Shown here piece by piece: positions 23,970 to 35,281 of a stretch of DNA of 64,000 nucleotides. Both the position numbers and the translations under genes were made by a program. Positions within the stretch are counted from its first letter, which is position 1; each line of letters starts with the position of its first letter. This DNA comes from Alphaproteobacteria bacterium (GTDB taxonomy: Bacteria; Pseudomonadota; Alphaproteobacteria; UBA828), in contig SHWC01000003.1 of assembly GCA_009691045.1 (NCBI GenBank), positions 7,995 to 71,994 on the forward strand. Reading direction: 5' to 3'. The notes below the pieces were generated by a model. The model saw only the letters and a program-made list of their open reading frames with translations, was not told the DNA's origin and ran no database searches.

Positions 23970-25633
23970 GCGAGTCAGTTCGGATCGAACGCAACGCGCT
24001 TCATTTCTTGCCGCTCGGCGGATCGGGCGAGATTGGGATGAACCTCAACCTCTATGCCTGCCGTGGTAAGTGGTTGATGGTTGATCTCGGCATTACGTTC
24101 GCGGGCGATACCGTGCCCGGTGTCGACGTTTTGATGCCCGACCCAAGCTATATCGAGGAGCGGCGCGACGATCTGCTCGCCATCGTGTTGACCCACGCGC
24201 ACGAGGATCATCTGGGTGCGGTCGCCTATTTATGGCCGCGTTTGCGTTGCCCGGTTTATGCCACCCCGTTCACCGCGGCCGTGCTGCGCGACAAGTTGAA
24301 CGAGGCGGGCCTCTTGGGTGAGGTCGAGCTGATCGAAATGCCGCTCTCGGGGCGGTTTACCATCGGCCCGTTCGATCTCGAATACATCACGCTGACCCAT
24401 TCGATCCCAGAGCCGAATGCGCTCGTCATCCGCACCGATTATGGCACGCTCCTTCACACGGGGGATTGGAAGATCGATCCCGAGCCGATGATCGGCGAGC
24501 CGACCGACCGTGCCGCGCTCGAACAGCTCGGCAATGGCGAGGTGCTCGCCATGATTTGCGATTCAACCAACGCGCTGTCACCCGGTCGTTCGGGCTCGGA
24601 GGGTGACGTCAGACGCAAACTGATCGAGATGGTGGGCGAGGCCGAGGCTGGCCTCGCGGTGACGCTGTTCGCCTCCAACGTGGCGCGATTGGCGAGCGTG
24701 GCCGTCGCCGCGCTCGAAAACGGGCGTGAGCCGGTGTTGGTTGGTCGTTCGCTTTGGCGCTATGTGAAGGCGGCGCGCTCGGTCGGGTATCTGGGCGAAG
24801 AGATCAGATTTCTGAACGAGGATGAAGGCGCGGCGCTCGAGCCGAGCCAGGCGCTCTATCTCTGCACCGGTTGCCAGGGCGAGCCGCGGGCCGCGATGGC
24901 GCGCATCGCGGGCGATTCACATCCGCGTATCAAGCTTCGCCAGGGCGATCGGGTGATCTTTTCCTCGAAAATCATTCCGGGCAATGAACTGGCGATCGGG
25001 CGCATGCACAACCGGCTCGCCATCCACGGCATCGAGGTGTTGACCGAACGCGATCATGACGTGCATGTCTCGGGCCATCCGTGTCAGGACGAGCTAAGCG
25101 ATATGTATCGCTGGGTGCGCCCGCGGATCTCGATCCCGGTTCATGGCGAGTTCCGCCATATGTTCGAGCACGCCGCGCTCGCGCGCAGCCTTCAAGTGCC
25201 CGAGACGATCAATGTGGTGAACGGCCAGGTGGTTAGGCTCGCGCCGGGGCCGGCGGGGATTATCGGCACCGTGCCCACGGGGCGGCTCGCGGTCGATGGC
25301 TCGCAGCTTTTGCGGCTCGATCACGAGACCTTGCGGGCGCGGCGGCGCTTGAAAGACAATGGCGCTGTTTTCGTTTCGCTCGTGCTCGATGGACGGGGCG
25401 CGCTGTTGACCGAACCGAGAGTGTCGAGCCATGGCGTCGCGGCCGAGGAAGATACCGACCCCGAACACCAGGAAATCGCTGACGCGGTCGAAAGCGCGGT
25501 CGACAAGCTCGACAAAAAGGAACGGCGCGATTTAGAGATTGTACGCGAGGCGGCGAGGCTGGCCGTGCGGCGCAAGGTCTTGGCGCGTCGGGGCAAGCGT
25601 CCGGTGATCGACGTCTTGATCTCCCGAGTGTAG
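23966..25633 (+). CDS. rnj: ribonuclease J (metallo-beta-lactamase / beta-CASP family)
   Basis: 555 aa with the metallo-beta-lactamase motif THAHEDHLG and a beta-CASP domain. Overlaps the coaX stop (ATGA). Confidence 0.9.
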   Translation: MSESVRIERNALHFLPLGGSGEIGMNLNLYACRGKWLMVDLGITFAGDTVPGVDVLMPDPSYIEERRDDLLAIVLTHAHEDHLGAVAYLWPRLRCPVYATPFTAAVLRDKLNEAGLLGEVELIEMPLSGRFTIGPFDLEYITLTHSIPEPNALVIRTDYGTLLHTGDWKIDPEPMIGEPTDRAALEQLGNGEVLAMICDSTNALSPGRSGSEGDVRRKLIEMVGEAEAGLAVTLFASNVARLASVAVAALENGREPVLVGRSLWRYVKAARSVGYLGEEIRFLNEDEGAALEPSQALYLCTGCQGEPRAAMARIAGDSHPRIKLRQGDRVIFSSKIIPGNELAIGRMHNRLAIHGIEVLTERDHDVHVSGHPCQDELSDMYRWVRPRISIPVHGEFRHMFEHAALARSLQVPETINVVNGQVVRLAPGPAGIIGTVPTGRLAVDGSQLLRLDHETLRARRRLKDNGAVFVSLVLDGRGALLTEPRVSSHGVAAEEDTDPEHQEIADAVESAVDKLDKKERRDLEIVREAARLAVRRKVLARRGKRPVIDVLISRV

Positions 25634-25663
25634 GAATCGGCGCTCAACCATGAGCCCCATACG

Positions 25664-26068
25664 ATGATCGGACGGTTGAATCACATCGCCATCGCCGTGC
25701 CAGACCTCAAGGCCGGGGCTACGGTTTATCGCGACACCTTGGGGGCTAAGGTCTCGGCGCCGCTCGATTTGCCCGAGCATGGCGTGACGACCGTGTTCGT
25801 CGAATTGCCCAATGCCAAAATCGAACTCATTCACCCGCTGGGTGACAAGTCCCCCATTGCGAGCTTTCTTGAGCGCAACCCGGCTGGCGGTATTCATCAT
25901 GTCTGCTATGAGGTGGATGACATTCGCGCGGCGCGCGATCGGCTCAAGGCGGCGGGCGCGCGCGTGCTGGGCGACGGCGAACCTAAAGTCGGTGCTCATG
26001 GCAAACCGGTGCTCTTTTTGCACCCCAAGGATTTCCTCGGCACGCTGATCGAAATAGAGGAACGCTGA
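25664..26068 (+). CDS. mce: methylmalonyl-CoA epimerase (VOC/glyoxalase fold)
   Basis: 134 aa. NHIAIAV near the N-terminus and a VOC fold typical of methylmalonyl-CoA epimerase. Confidence 0.85.
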   Translation: MIGRLNHIAIAVPDLKAGATVYRDTLGAKVSAPLDLPEHGVTTVFVELPNAKIELIHPLGDKSPIASFLERNPAGGIHHVCYEVDDIRAARDRLKAAGARVLGDGEPKVGAHGKPVLFLHPKDFLGTLIEIEER

Positions 26069-26070
26069 GC

Positions 26071-26313
26071 ATGGGCCCAACCGCGATCGCGCTTGTGTTC
26101 ATCATCATCTGGTGGCTGATCTGGTTCATGGCCTTGCCGATTGGCGTCAAGCCGCCGGCCAAGGTCGAACCCGGCCATGCCACGAGCGCACCCGACAAGC
26201 CGATGCTCGGCAGGAAAGCCCTGATCACGACCGCGATCACCATCGTGATCGTCGGCATCATTGTCTGTGTTGTCGAGGTGGGTTGGCTTTCGCTTGCGGA
26301 TTTCGGTGAGTAG
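26071..26313 (+). CDS. DUF1467 family small membrane protein
   Basis: 80 aa with two transmembrane segments. Conserved directly downstream of mce in alphaproteobacteria. Confidence 0.7.
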   Translation: MGPTAIALVFIIIWWLIWFMALPIGVKPPAKVEPGHATSAPDKPMLGRKALITTAITIVIVGIIVCVVEVGWLSLADFGE

Positions 26314-26322
26314 GGCGGGGCG

Positions 26323-26862
26323 ATGACTGGCTATTGCGAAGCAGCGGTCGATTACCCCATCCACGGGCCCTATCACGACCGCGATTACGGATTTTCTTTG
26401 CGTGATGATGCGGCGCTATTCGAGCGGCTCGTGCTTGAAATCAATCAGGCGGGGCTTTCCTGGCTTACCATCTTGAAAAAGCGTGCGTCGTTTCACGCGG
26501 CCTATGATGGTTTCGATATCGATAAAGTGGCGCGCTATGGCGCGCGCCAACAGGCGCGCCTGATGGCAGATGCCGGCATCATTCGCAATCGGCTCAAGAT
26601 CGAGGCCGCGATTGAAAACGCGAAGCGGCTGCAAGCGATCCGCGAGAGTCATGGCTCATTCGCCGCGTGGCTCGACGCGCACCACCCCCAGGACTTAGAG
26701 GCTTGGGTCAAACTGATGAAGCGGACCTTCCGCTTTACCGGAGGCGAGATTGTGCGCGAATTTTTGGTTTCGACCGGCTATTTGCCCGGCGCTCATGCGC
26801 CCCGCTGCCCGATTTATGTGCGTGCGCTAAAGGCCAAACCGCCCTGGACGCGCGTCGGCTAA
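26323..26862 (+). CDS. tag: DNA-3-methyladenine glycosylase I
   Basis: 179 aa Tag family (..LVLEINQAGLSWLTILKKR..). Confidence 0.85.
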   Translation: MTGYCEAAVDYPIHGPYHDRDYGFSLRDDAALFERLVLEINQAGLSWLTILKKRASFHAAYDGFDIDKVARYGARQQARLMADAGIIRNRLKIEAAIENAKRLQAIRESHGSFAAWLDAHHPQDLEAWVKLMKRTFRFTGGEIVREFLVSTGYLPGAHAPRCPIYVRALKAKPPWTRVG

Positions 26863-26896
26863 GGGTTCTTTAACCGATCCCGGCGAGCCTTAAGCC

Positions 26897-27382
26897 ATGA
26901 AGACATCAAAATTCATTGGCCTTTTTTGCGCGGTGCTCGTCGTGCCCGCCCTTGCCATTGGCGCCGAGCAATCGGCCGATTTGCTGAGCCAAGGCGACCC
27001 GTCGGTTAGTACCGATGAGACGGTCACCACGGGCGATCCGTGCGATGCGGTTAGAGATTACCAGCCGGCCCCCGACGTCCCCTATCAAGCGGGTGTCGAC
27101 GTCGATGGCAATCCGGTCACGCCGGCCGATCTCGATGATGGGCCGCGCTCTCTCTTTGGCGCCAATTATGAGCACAATGTGGCCCTGGTTCTGCCGCTGA
27201 AGGACGCGACCGATGCCGGCCCCGGTACGGGCGCCGAGCGAGTCGCAAATAGCGATGTCTCGGTCGGCCAGGTGGCGGTGCGCGACGGCAAGGTCTATTT
27301 CGGTGACCAGCTGATCGGCAATCAAGGCGCCGAGGCGCTTCCGCAAGCCTGCGCCATGCGTCAGGCCAAATCCACGAATTAG
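26897..27382 (+). CDS. hypothetical secreted acidic protein
   Basis: 161 aa with a cleavable signal peptide [23 protein letters not shown]. Asp/Gly/Pro/Val-rich with no recognisable domain. Confidence 0.6.
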   Translation: MKTSKFIGLFCAVLVVPALAIGAEQSADLLSQGDPSVSTDETVTTGDPCDAVRDYQPAPDVPYQAGVDVDGNPVTPADLDDGPRSLFGANYEHNVALVLPLKDATDAGPGTGAERVANSDVSVGQVAVRDGKVYFGDQLIGNQGAEALPQACAMRQAKSTN

Positions 27383-27479
27383 CCTCGCCTTCCCGCCGCC
27401 GGTTGCGCTCGCGGCGGTCCTTCGGCATATAGTCCTGCCGGCCGGGTTGGCCCGAGCCGCCCGCAATGCAGGAACCGTC

Positions 27480-28799
27480 ATGCGGCTGTCGAGCTATTTC
27501 CTCCCCCTCTTGAAAGAAAACCCGACCGAGGCGCAGATCGTCTCGCATCGGCTCATGCTGCGCGCTGGTATGATCCGCCAATCGAGCGCCGGCATTTATA
27601 CCTGGCTGCCGCTCGGCCATCGCGTGCTGCGCAAGATCGAGCAGATCGTGCGCGAGGAGATGGATGCCGCCGGTTGCCAGGAACTCCTGATGCCCGCCAT
27701 CCAGCCGGCCGAGCTTTGGCAAGAGAGCGGGCGCTATGACGCCTATGGCAAGGAGATGCTCCGCATCACCGACCGCCATGATCGGGCGATGCTGTTCGGC
27801 CCGACGCATGAGGAAGTGATCACCGATCTGTTCCGCACCAGCGTCAAGAGCTATCGCGATTTGCCGAAGAACCTCTATCAGATCCAATGGAAATTCCGCG
27901 ACGAGGTGCGTCCGCGCTTTGGCATCATGCGTGGCCGCGAATTCCTCATGAAGGACAATTATTCCTTCGATCTCGATTTCGCCGGCGCGCGGCACTCCTA
28001 CAACAAGATGTTCCTGGCTTATTTGCGTACCTTCCGCCGCATGGGCTTGACCTCGATTCCGATGCGCGCCGATTCAGGCGCGATCGGCGGCGATATGAGC
28101 CATGAGTTCATCGTGTTGGCGGAGACTGGCGAGAGCGCGGTTTTTTGTGACAAGGCGTGGCTCGATGCCGATCCCTTGAAAGAGACCATCGATTACGGCG
28201 CCGATTTGCAGCCCTTCGTCGATCGCTGGACCAGCCTCTATGCCGTGACCGACGACAAGCACGATCCAAAGGCCTGCAAAGTGCCGGCTGAGCGTCTCTA
28301 TGAGGGCAGGGGCATCGAGGTCGGGCATATTTTCTATTTCGGCAATAAATACTCCAAGGCAATGAATGCGCGCGTAACCGATGAAACAGGCGCCGAGGTG
28401 TTTGTCGAAATGGGCTCGTATGGCATTGGCGTGTCGCGTCTCGCAGGCGCGGTGATCGAGGCGAGCCACGACGACAAGGGCATCATCTGGCCGGCGCCGA
28501 TCGCGCCGTTCACGCTCGGCGTGATCAATCTCCGCAGCGGCGATGCGGCGTGCGATGCCATGGCGGGCGATCTCTATGCGAAATGCCAAAAGGCCGGCAT
28601 CGAGGTACTCTATGACGACCGCAATGAACGCGCGGGCGTTAAATTCGCCTCGATGGATTTGATCGGCCTGCCCTGGCAGGCGGCGATCGGCCCGCGCGGC
28701 GCGGCGGCTGGCAAGGTCGAGCTCAAGGCGCGCGGCGCCGCCGGGCCGGCCGAGGAACTCTCGGTCGATGCGGTGATTGCCCGCTTGAGCGCGAATTAG
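27480..28799 (+). CDS. proS: proline--tRNA ligase (short alphaproteobacterial type)
   Basis: Class II aminoacyl-tRNA synthetase motifs. ATG 27480 ([13 protein letters not shown]) with an AGGA ribosome-binding site. The ORF opens earlier at a TTG (27447). Confidence 0.9.
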   Translation: MRLSSYFLPLLKENPTEAQIVSHRLMLRAGMIRQSSAGIYTWLPLGHRVLRKIEQIVREEMDAAGCQELLMPAIQPAELWQESGRYDAYGKEMLRITDRHDRAMLFGPTHEEVITDLFRTSVKSYRDLPKNLYQIQWKFRDEVRPRFGIMRGREFLMKDNYSFDLDFAGARHSYNKMFLAYLRTFRRMGLTSIPMRADSGAIGGDMSHEFIVLAETGESAVFCDKAWLDADPLKETIDYGADLQPFVDRWTSLYAVTDDKHDPKACKVPAERLYEGRGIEVGHIFYFGNKYSKAMNARVTDETGAEVFVEMGSYGIGVSRLAGAVIEASHDDKGIIWPAPIAPFTLGVINLRSGDAACDAMAGDLYAKCQKAGIEVLYDDRNERAGVKFASMDLIGLPWQAAIGPRGAAAGKVELKARGAAGPAEELSVDAVIARLSAN

Positions 28800-28802
28800 A
28801 CG

Positions 28803-30047
28803 ATGTTTTCCGCCTTCGAGCGCATGGTGGCGTTTCGCTATTTGCGCGCGCGGCGACAAGAAGGTTTCGTCTCGGTCATCGCGGCGTTCTCGCTCGTCGG
28901 TATCGCGCTCGGCGTCGGGACGTTGATCGTCGTGATGAGCGTGATGAACGGCTTTCGCGAGGAGCTGCTCGACCGCATTCTTGGCCTCAATGGCCATATG
29001 ATGATTTATGCCGAGGCCACGCCATTCACCGATTATGACAAGGTGGCCGGCGCGCTCGGGGCCATTCCCGGTGTGATCGCGGCCGCACCGATGATCGAAG
29101 GCCAGGTGATGGCAACCAGCCGCACGGGGGCGACCGGCGCCCTGGTGCGGGGCTTGCGCGGCGCCGACCTCGCCAAATATCCGCTGGTCGCCGCCAGCAT
29201 CAAAGCCGGCTCGATCGACGGTTTCCAAAAGGGCGAGGGCATCATCGTGGGCGACCGCTTGGCGGCGCGTCTTGGCGTCGCGGTTGGTGGGCAGATCACC
29301 CTCATTTCACCGCAGGGCAACCCCACCGTGATGGGCGTGGTGCCGCGCGCGCGGGCGTTCACCGTGGTCGGGACGTTCAATGTCGGCATGTATGAATATG
29401 ATTCGAGTTTCGTCTATATGCCGCTCGATCTGGCGCAGCTCTATTTCAAGCTGCCGGGTACGGTGACCGGGGTTGAGGTGATGACCGACAATCCCGATGA
29501 GATCATGCGCTTTGCCATGGCGGCGCATGAAGCCGTCGGGCCTGGTTATCGCGTGATCGATTGGCGCCAGACCAATTCGCATTTCTTCACGGCGCTGGAG
29601 GTGGAGCGCAATGTGATGTTCATTATTCTGGCGCTCATCGTGTTGGTCGCGGCGTTCAACATCATCGCCGGGTTAATCATGGTGGTGAAGGACAAGGGCC
29701 GCGACATCGCGATCATGCGCACCATGGGCGCGACGCGCGGCCAGATCATGCGCATCTTTTTCATGAATGGCGCGGCGATCGGTATTGTCGGCACGCTTGT
29801 TGGCCTCGGCCTCGGCGTCGCCTTTGCGTTGAATATCGATTCGATCAAGACCTGGCTCGAAGGCTTGACCGGCACCGAGCTGTTCGCGCCCGAAGTGCGC
29901 TTCTTGACGCAATTGCCGGCCAAGATCGAGGCGGGCGAGGTGGTCACCGTTGTCGTGATGGCGCTGGGGCTTTCGCTCCTTGCCACGATCTATCCGTCGT
30001 GGCGCGCGGCGCGGCTCGATCCGGTCGAGGCCCTTCGTTATGAATGA
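28803..30047 (+). CDS. lolC: lipoprotein-releasing ABC transporter permease LolC/E
   Basis: 414 aa, FtsX-like permease with a large periplasmic loop. Conserved proS-lolCE-lolD synteny. Confidence 0.9.
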   Translation: MFSAFERMVAFRYLRARRQEGFVSVIAAFSLVGIALGVGTLIVVMSVMNGFREELLDRILGLNGHMMIYAEATPFTDYDKVAGALGAIPGVIAAAPMIEGQVMATSRTGATGALVRGLRGADLAKYPLVAASIKAGSIDGFQKGEGIIVGDRLAARLGVAVGGQITLISPQGNPTVMGVVPRARAFTVVGTFNVGMYEYDSSFVYMPLDLAQLYFKLPGTVTGVEVMTDNPDEIMRFAMAAHEAVGPGYRVIDWRQTNSHFFTALEVERNVMFIILALIVLVAAFNIIAGLIMVVKDKGRDIAIMRTMGATRGQIMRIFFMNGAAIGIVGTLVGLGLGVAFALNIDSIKTWLEGLTGTELFAPEVRFLTQLPAKIEAGEVVTVVVMALGLSLLATIYPSWRAARLDPVEALRYE

Positions 30048-30729
30048 GCGGGGCCAAGCCGTTCTCGAATTTAGGGACGTCAGGCGAACCTTCGTGCAGG
30101 GCGGTCAGTCGCTTGACGTGTTGAAGGGCATATCCTTCTCGCTTCATGCGGGCGAGATCGTGGCGCTGACCGGCCCATCGGGCTCGGGCAAATCGACGCT
30201 CTTGCAAATCGCGGGGCTCCTAGAGCGGCCGAGCGGGGGCCAGGTGATCATTGCGGGGGAGTCCGGCGCGCGTCATGGCGACCGCCGCCGCACACAAATT
30301 CGCCGTGAGAAGCTTGGCTTCGTCTATCAATATCATCATTTGTTGCGGGAGTTTTCGGCGCTCGAAAACGTCGTGGTGCCGCAGCTGATCGCGGGTGTGC
30401 CAAAGTGCAAAGCGCGCGAGCGGGCGCGCGTGCTGCTTGCCAGTCTTGGCCTCTCGGCGCGGGAAGGGCATCGGCCGGCGCGTCTCTCGGGCGGTGAGCA
30501 GCAGCGTGTCGCGATCGCCCGCGCGCTCGCCAATCAACCGGTGCTGCTTTTCGCGGATGAGCCAACCGGCAATCTCGATCATGGGACAGCGGATTCGGTG
30601 TTTCAGGCCTTGCTCGCGATCGTGCGGCAATCGGGCCTCGCGGCGTTGATCGCGACGCATAATGCCGAGTTGGCTGCACGCATGGACCGTCGGCTTGGCC
30701 TCGATGACGGTCGCCTGACCGAGTACTAA
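30040..30729 (+). CDS. lolD: lipoprotein-releasing ABC transporter ATP-binding protein LolD
   Basis: Walker [10 protein letters not shown], signature [15 protein letters not shown], Walker [12 protein letters not shown] 30040 overlaps the lolCE stop. Confidence 0.9.
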   Translation: MNERGQAVLEFRDVRRTFVQGGQSLDVLKGISFSLHAGEIVALTGPSGSGKSTLLQIAGLLERPSGGQVIIAGESGARHGDRRRTQIRREKLGFVYQYHHLLREFSALENVVVPQLIAGVPKCKARERARVLLASLGLSAREGHRPARLSGGEQQRVAIARALANQPVLLFADEPTGNLDHGTADSVFQALLAIVRQSGLAALIATHNAELAARMDRRLGLDDGRLTEY

Positions 30730-30732
30730 AAA

Positions 30733-30758
30733 AGAGGCGCGCCATGGGGCGCGCCTCT
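30733..30758. terminator. bidirectional intrinsic terminator (lolD on + / PPOX gene on -)
   Basis: Perfect 11-bp stem AGAGGCGCGCC / GGCGCGCCTCT with the loop ATGG. Flanked by AAAAA on the + side, which reads as a U-tract for the minus-strand transcript. Confidence 0.6.
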
Positions 30759-30783
30759 GGATCTCAGTCGATCGCCTGCGCGA

Positions 30784-31434
30784 TCAATAGAGCCCGGTCT
30801 TGTAATTATCTTCGACGAACTCGTCGGCGTCCTTGATCTCTGTCGCGGTCGGCGGTTTGCCGGGAGGCGCGACTTGTTCAAGGATCATGTGCGCGAGGCT
30901 CGGCATATCCTGGCGCTTTTGATATTTCGTGGGATCCCACAGGCTTGAGCGCGTGAACGCCTTGGCGCAATGTAAGAACGCCTCGTTCACCTCGATCATG
31001 ATGCCAACCTTGGGTGCCTTGCCGCGAATCTTGGCCTTATCGGCCAGGCTGTCGTCCTGCACGATGCGGGCCTTGCCGTTGACGCGCAGCGTGTCGTTGA
31101 AGCCGGGGATCATGAACAAGAGCCCGACATTCGCGTTCTCGGTGATGTTGGACATGGTGTCGAGCCGGTTATTGCCGGGCCGGTCGGGCAGGAAGAGGTG
31201 ATTGTCGTCGATGATCTGCACGAAGCCGGCTGGATCGCCGCGCGGGCTCACATCCGCCTTGCCTTGCGCGCTTGCCGTGCCGATGCACAGAAAGGGCGAG
31301 CGGCGGATAAATTCCTTGCAGTGCTCGTCGAGCTTTGGGCGCGATTTATGGATGGCGATATCCATGGTCGGCCCCATGATGTCGCGCAATTTGGCTTCGT
31401 TTTCGACGACGCGGGCCGACCCATTGGCAGACAT
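30784..31434 (-). CDS. pyridoxamine 5'-phosphate oxidase (PPOX) family FMN-binding protein
   Basis: Split-barrel PPOX-like translation. I chose the ATG at 31434 because it has a GGAGGA ribosome-binding site 5 nt upstream. The ORF could extend to 31458. Confidence 0.7.
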   Translation of the reverse strand: MSANGSARVVENEAKLRDIMGPTMDIAIHKSRPKLDEHCKEFIRRSPFLCIGTASAQGKADVSPRGDPAGFVQIIDDNHLFLPDRPGNNRLDTMSNITENANVGLLFMIPGFNDTLRVNGKARIVQDDSLADKAKIRGKAPKVGIMIEVNEAFLHCAKAFTRSSLWDPTKYQKRQDMPSLAHMILEQVAPPGKPPTATEIKDADEFVEDNYKTGLY

Positions 31435-31618
31435 GTCTTCCTCCATATCGTGGTGCACCGATCTGACGCGCGATCTTGCGCCTCGCTGGGAAGACTAGCA
31501 GCTTTGGCTGGGTTTTGAAATCGGGGTCGGGCCCTTTGGCTCAGAGCGGAAATCTCTTATCGCCGCCCGCTCGCGGCGCGCTAAGATCAGCTTCCCCGCC
31601 CACGAGTCCGAGCGCGCC

Positions 31619-34600
31619 ATGAGCCATGCCGATTTCATTCATTTGCGCGTCCATTCGGCTTACTCGCTGTCGGAAGGCGCGATCAAGGTCGATGAATTGG
31701 TTGCGCTCTGCGGTACCGAGCACATGCCGGCGGTGGCGGTGACCGATCGGGGCAATTTATTCGGGGCGCTGGAGTTTTCCTTGGCGGCGGCGAAGGCCGG
31801 GGTCCAGCCCATTATCGGTTGCGAACTTCCGATTGAGCCGGTGTTGCCGGAGGGCCGCAAGCCCGCGCCCGATGCGCGCGATTGGCTCGCGCTCTTGGCC
31901 CAAAACGAGACCGGCTATCGAAATTTGATGAAGCTCTCGAGCAAGCTGTTTCTCGATGGCGACGCTCATGCCGCGCCGCGCCTTGGGCTGGAGGCCATCG
32001 AGGCTCATAGCGGGGGATTGATCGCGTTGAGCGGCGGCCCGGCGGGGCCGGTCGGGCGGTTGCTCCTGGCTGGGCAAATCGATGCGGCGCGGGTTTTGCT
32101 CGATCGTCTGGCGCGGGCGTTTCCGGGGCGGCTCTATGTCGAACTGATGCGTCATGGCCTCGAAGAGGAATCGCGGACCGAGGCGGCCTTTATCGAATTG
32201 GCGGATGCGCTCGATCTGCCCCTCATTGCGACCAATGACGCCTATTTCGGTCCGCGCGATATGCAGGCTGCGCACGATGCGCTCCTCTGCATCGCCGATG
32301 GGATGTTGGTTGACGAGCCGGAGCGGCGCCGGCTGACCGCCGATCACGGCTTTCGCTCGGCGGCGGAGATGCGCGCTCTGTTCGCCGATCTGCCCGAGGC
32401 GGTGGATAACACGCTCGTGGTGGCGCGGCGCTGCGCCTTCAAGGTGGAGGCTCGCGCGCCTATCCTGCCGCCCTTCGCGGACGGCAATGGCATGGACGAG
32501 GCGACGCTACTGACCCGTGAGGCCAGACTTGGCCTCGAGCAACGGCTGGTCGATCATGTTTTCACGCTGGCGATGGACGAGGCCGCGCGCGAGGCTGCCG
32601 CGACGCCCTATCGCGATCGTTTGGCCTATGAGCTCAAGGTCATCATCGAGATGAAATTTCCGGGCTATTTTCTGATCGTCGCGGACTTCATCAAATGGGC
32701 GAAGACGAATGACATTCCGGTCGGCCCGGGGCGCGGCTCGGGCGCGGGCTCGGTGGTCGCTTGGGCGCTCACCATCACCGATCTCGATCCCTTGCGTTTC
32801 GGCCTTTTGTTCGAGCGGTTTCTCAACCCCGAACGCGTATCGATGCCAGACTTCGATATCGATTTTTGCCAAACGCACCGCGATCGCGTGATCGAATATG
32901 TACGCGACCGCTATGGCGCGGAGCGGGTGGCGCAAATCATCACCTTCGGCAAATTGCAGGCGCGCGCAGCGTTGCGCGATGTCGGGCGCGTGCTCGGCAT
33001 GAGCTATACGCAAGTCGATCGGCTATGCAAATTGGTGCCGAACAATCCGGCCAATCCGGTCACCCTGAAGCAGGCGATCGATGGCGAGCCGCAATTGCAG
33101 GCCGCGCGCGATAGCGAGCCGCAAGTCGCGCGGCTGATGGATATCGCGCTTCGGCTCGAAGGGCTCTATCGTAACGCCTCGACCCATGCGGCCGGTGTGG
33201 TGATCGGCGATCGGCCACTCGATGAGCTCGTGCCGCTTTATCGCGACCCGCGCGGCAGCATGATGGCGACCCAGTTTTCGATGAAATATGTCGAGCTGGC
33301 CGGCCTCGTGAAATTCGATTTTCTCGGGCTCAAAACGCTCACCGTGCTTGAGCAAGCGTGCCAGCTCATCCGCGCGGGCGGCGATGAGATCGATTTGCTG
33401 AAAATTCCGCTTAATGACGCGAAGACCTACGCCATGCTCGGCGAGGGTGTGACGGTTGGCGTGTTTCAGCTGGAAAGCTCGGGCATGCGCGATGTGCTTC
33501 GCCAAATGCGGCCCGACGCGTTCGAGGATATCATCGCCCTTGTCGCGCTCTACCGGCCGGGCCCGATGGATAACATCCCGAAATATATTGCCTGCAAGCA
33601 CGGCACCGAGCAGCCTGATTATCTGCACCCAAGTCTGATCGATACGCTGAAGGAAACCTTCGGTGTCATCATCTATCAGGAACAGGTGATGCAGATCGCG
33701 CAAGTGTTGGCCGGGTTCAGCCTCGGCAGCGCCGATCTGTTGCGCCGTGCGATGGGCAAAAAAATCAAGGCCGAGATGGCCGCGCAGGAAGAAGCCTTCG
33801 TCAATGGCGCGATGCAGAACGGCGTCACAAAGGTCGACGCCGCGCGTATTTTCGAGTTGGTCGCGAAGTTCGCCGGCTATGGCTTCAACAAATCGCACGC
33901 CGCAGCCTATGCGTTGGTCGCCTATCAGACCGCCTATTTGAAAGCCAATTACCCGGTTGAGTTCCTGGCCGCCTCGATGACGCTCGATATGGGCGATAGC
34001 GACAAGATCAACGCCATGCGCCAAGAGCTCGATCGTTTGTCGATCCAACTTTTGCCGCCCGACATCAATCGCTCGGATGCCATTTTTTCGGTTGAGCGCT
34101 TGGCCGAGGGCCGGCGTGCGGTGCGTTATGCCTTGGCGGCTATTCGGAATGTCGGGGTCGCGGCGACGGAAACGATCTGCGCCGCGCGTCAGCAGGGCGG
34201 CGCGTTTGCCGATCCATTTGATTTAGCGGCGCGGCTCGATGCGCGTGCGGTCAATAAGCGGCAGTTGGAAAATCTGATCAAAGCCGGTGCGTTTGACGGG
34301 ATCGAGCCGAACCGCCGACGCTTGTTCGATGCGGCCGAACTCCTGGTGCGTTATGCCGCCGTGTCGGCAGAGAGCCGGGTGAGCAAGCAGGATTCGCTGT
34401 TCGGCGCGGCGACCGGGGTTGAGGCCGCGCGCCCCGTATTGCCGGCGGTGCCCGACTGGCCGCCGCTTGAGCGCATGATGAGCGAATATGAGGCGATCGG
34501 GTTCTACCTTTCGGCGCATCCGCTCGATGGGTGCTCGGGCGCACTTGCGCGGCTTGGGGCGACGCCGCTCGATGGCGTGGCGGCGGCGGTCGAGCGCGGC

Positions 34601-35080
34601 CTGGTGCGGCTCAGGGTTGCCGGGGTCGTGCTCGGCAAGCAGGAGCGCGGTGCGGCTGGCCAGCGCTTCGCCTTCATTCGAATTTCCGACACGACAGGAA
34701 GTCATGAGGTCGCGGTGTTCCGAGAAAGCTATGCCGAGGCACGCGAGCTGATTGAGCCGGGGCGCTCGATTCTGATCACGGCGACCGCGCGGGTCGATGG
34801 GGGCGCGGTCAAGCTGACCGCCCAGACCATCGAGGATTTGGGCCCGCGGCTCACCGGGCAGATGAACGGCTTGGAAATCCGGCTGCGCGATGCCGGCCCG
34901 CTCAAGCCGCTTTCGGAGCTGGTCAAAAGGGCGAAACCGGGCAAGGCCAGGCTTTCACTCCTGATTGAGCGGGGCGATGAGGAAATCAGCATCGATTTGG
35001 CCAATTCGTTCAGCTTGACGCCCGCCATGAGGGCTGAAATCGCGGCCATTCCGGGGGTTCTTGGCGTCACGGACGCCTGA
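31619..35080 (+). CDS. dnaE: DNA polymerase III subunit alpha
   Basis: 1153 aa with PHP domain, pol IIIa core, OB-fold and C-terminal domain. Confidence 0.95.
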   Translation: MSHADFIHLRVHSAYSLSEGAIKVDELVALCGTEHMPAVAVTDRGNLFGALEFSLAAAKAGVQPIIGCELPIEPVLPEGRKPAPDARDWLALLAQNETGYRNLMKLSSKLFLDGDAHAAPRLGLEAIEAHSGGLIALSGGPAGPVGRLLLAGQIDAARVLLDRLARAFPGRLYVELMRHGLEEESRTEAAFIELADALDLPLIATNDAYFGPRDMQAAHDALLCIADGMLVDEPERRRLTADHGFRSAAEMRALFADLPEAVDNTLVVARRCAFKVEARAPILPPFADGNGMDEATLLTREARLGLEQRLVDHVFTLAMDEAAREAAATPYRDRLAYELKVIIEMKFPGYFLIVADFIKWAKTNDIPVGPGRGSGAGSVVAWALTITDLDPLRFGLLFERFLNPERVSMPDFDIDFCQTHRDRVIEYVRDRYGAERVAQIITFGKLQARAALRDVGRVLGMSYTQVDRLCKLVPNNPANPVTLKQAIDGEPQLQAARDSEPQVARLMDIALRLEGLYRNASTHAAGVVIGDRPLDELVPLYRDPRGSMMATQFSMKYVELAGLVKFDFLGLKTLTVLEQACQLIRAGGDEIDLLKIPLNDAKTYAMLGEGVTVGVFQLESSGMRDVLRQMRPDAFEDIIALVALYRPGPMDNIPKYIACKHGTEQPDYLHPSLIDTLKETFGVIIYQEQVMQIAQVLAGFSLGSADLLRRAMGKKIKAEMAAQEEAFVNGAMQNGVTKVDAARIFELVAKFAGYGFNKSHAAAYALVAYQTAYLKANYPVEFLAASMTLDMGDSDKINAMRQELDRLSIQLLPPDINRSDAIFSVERLAEGRRAVRYALAAIRNVGVAATETICAARQQGGAFADPFDLAARLDARAVNKRQLENLIKAGAFDGIEPNRRRLFDAAELLVRYAAVSAESRVSKQDSLFGAATGVEAARPVLPAVPDWPPLERMMSEYEAIGFYLSAHPLDGCSGALARLGATPLDGVAAAVERGLVRLRVAGVVLGKQERGAAGQRFAFIRISDTTGSHEVAVFRESYAEARELIEPGRSILITATARVDGGAVKLTAQTIEDLGPRLTGQMNGLEIRLRDAGPLKPLSELVKRAKPGKARLSLLIERGDEEISIDLANSFSLTPAMRAEIAAIPGVLGVTDA

Positions 35081-35103
35081 AAGCGGCCGGCTTAGCCGCT
35101 TTC
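35079..35103 (+). terminator. putative terminator after dnaE
   Basis: 9-bp stem GAAAGCGGC / GCCGCTTTC with a 7-nt loop, immediately after the dnaE stop codon. Confidence 0.4.
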
Positions 35104-35281
35104 CGCTTGCCAGGACGGCAGGCTAGGGGTATCAAGCGCGCGCCTGGGAGACCGGGCAAATTCACACGCGGGCGGGCCGGCGCGGCGCTTTAGGGGGCGG
35201 CGGCGGTCGGACCGGTGCGGCGGGCCCAGGCCCGACCGCCACAGTCTGCGGCGGCATAACCGGAAATAGGATACCAATTCA

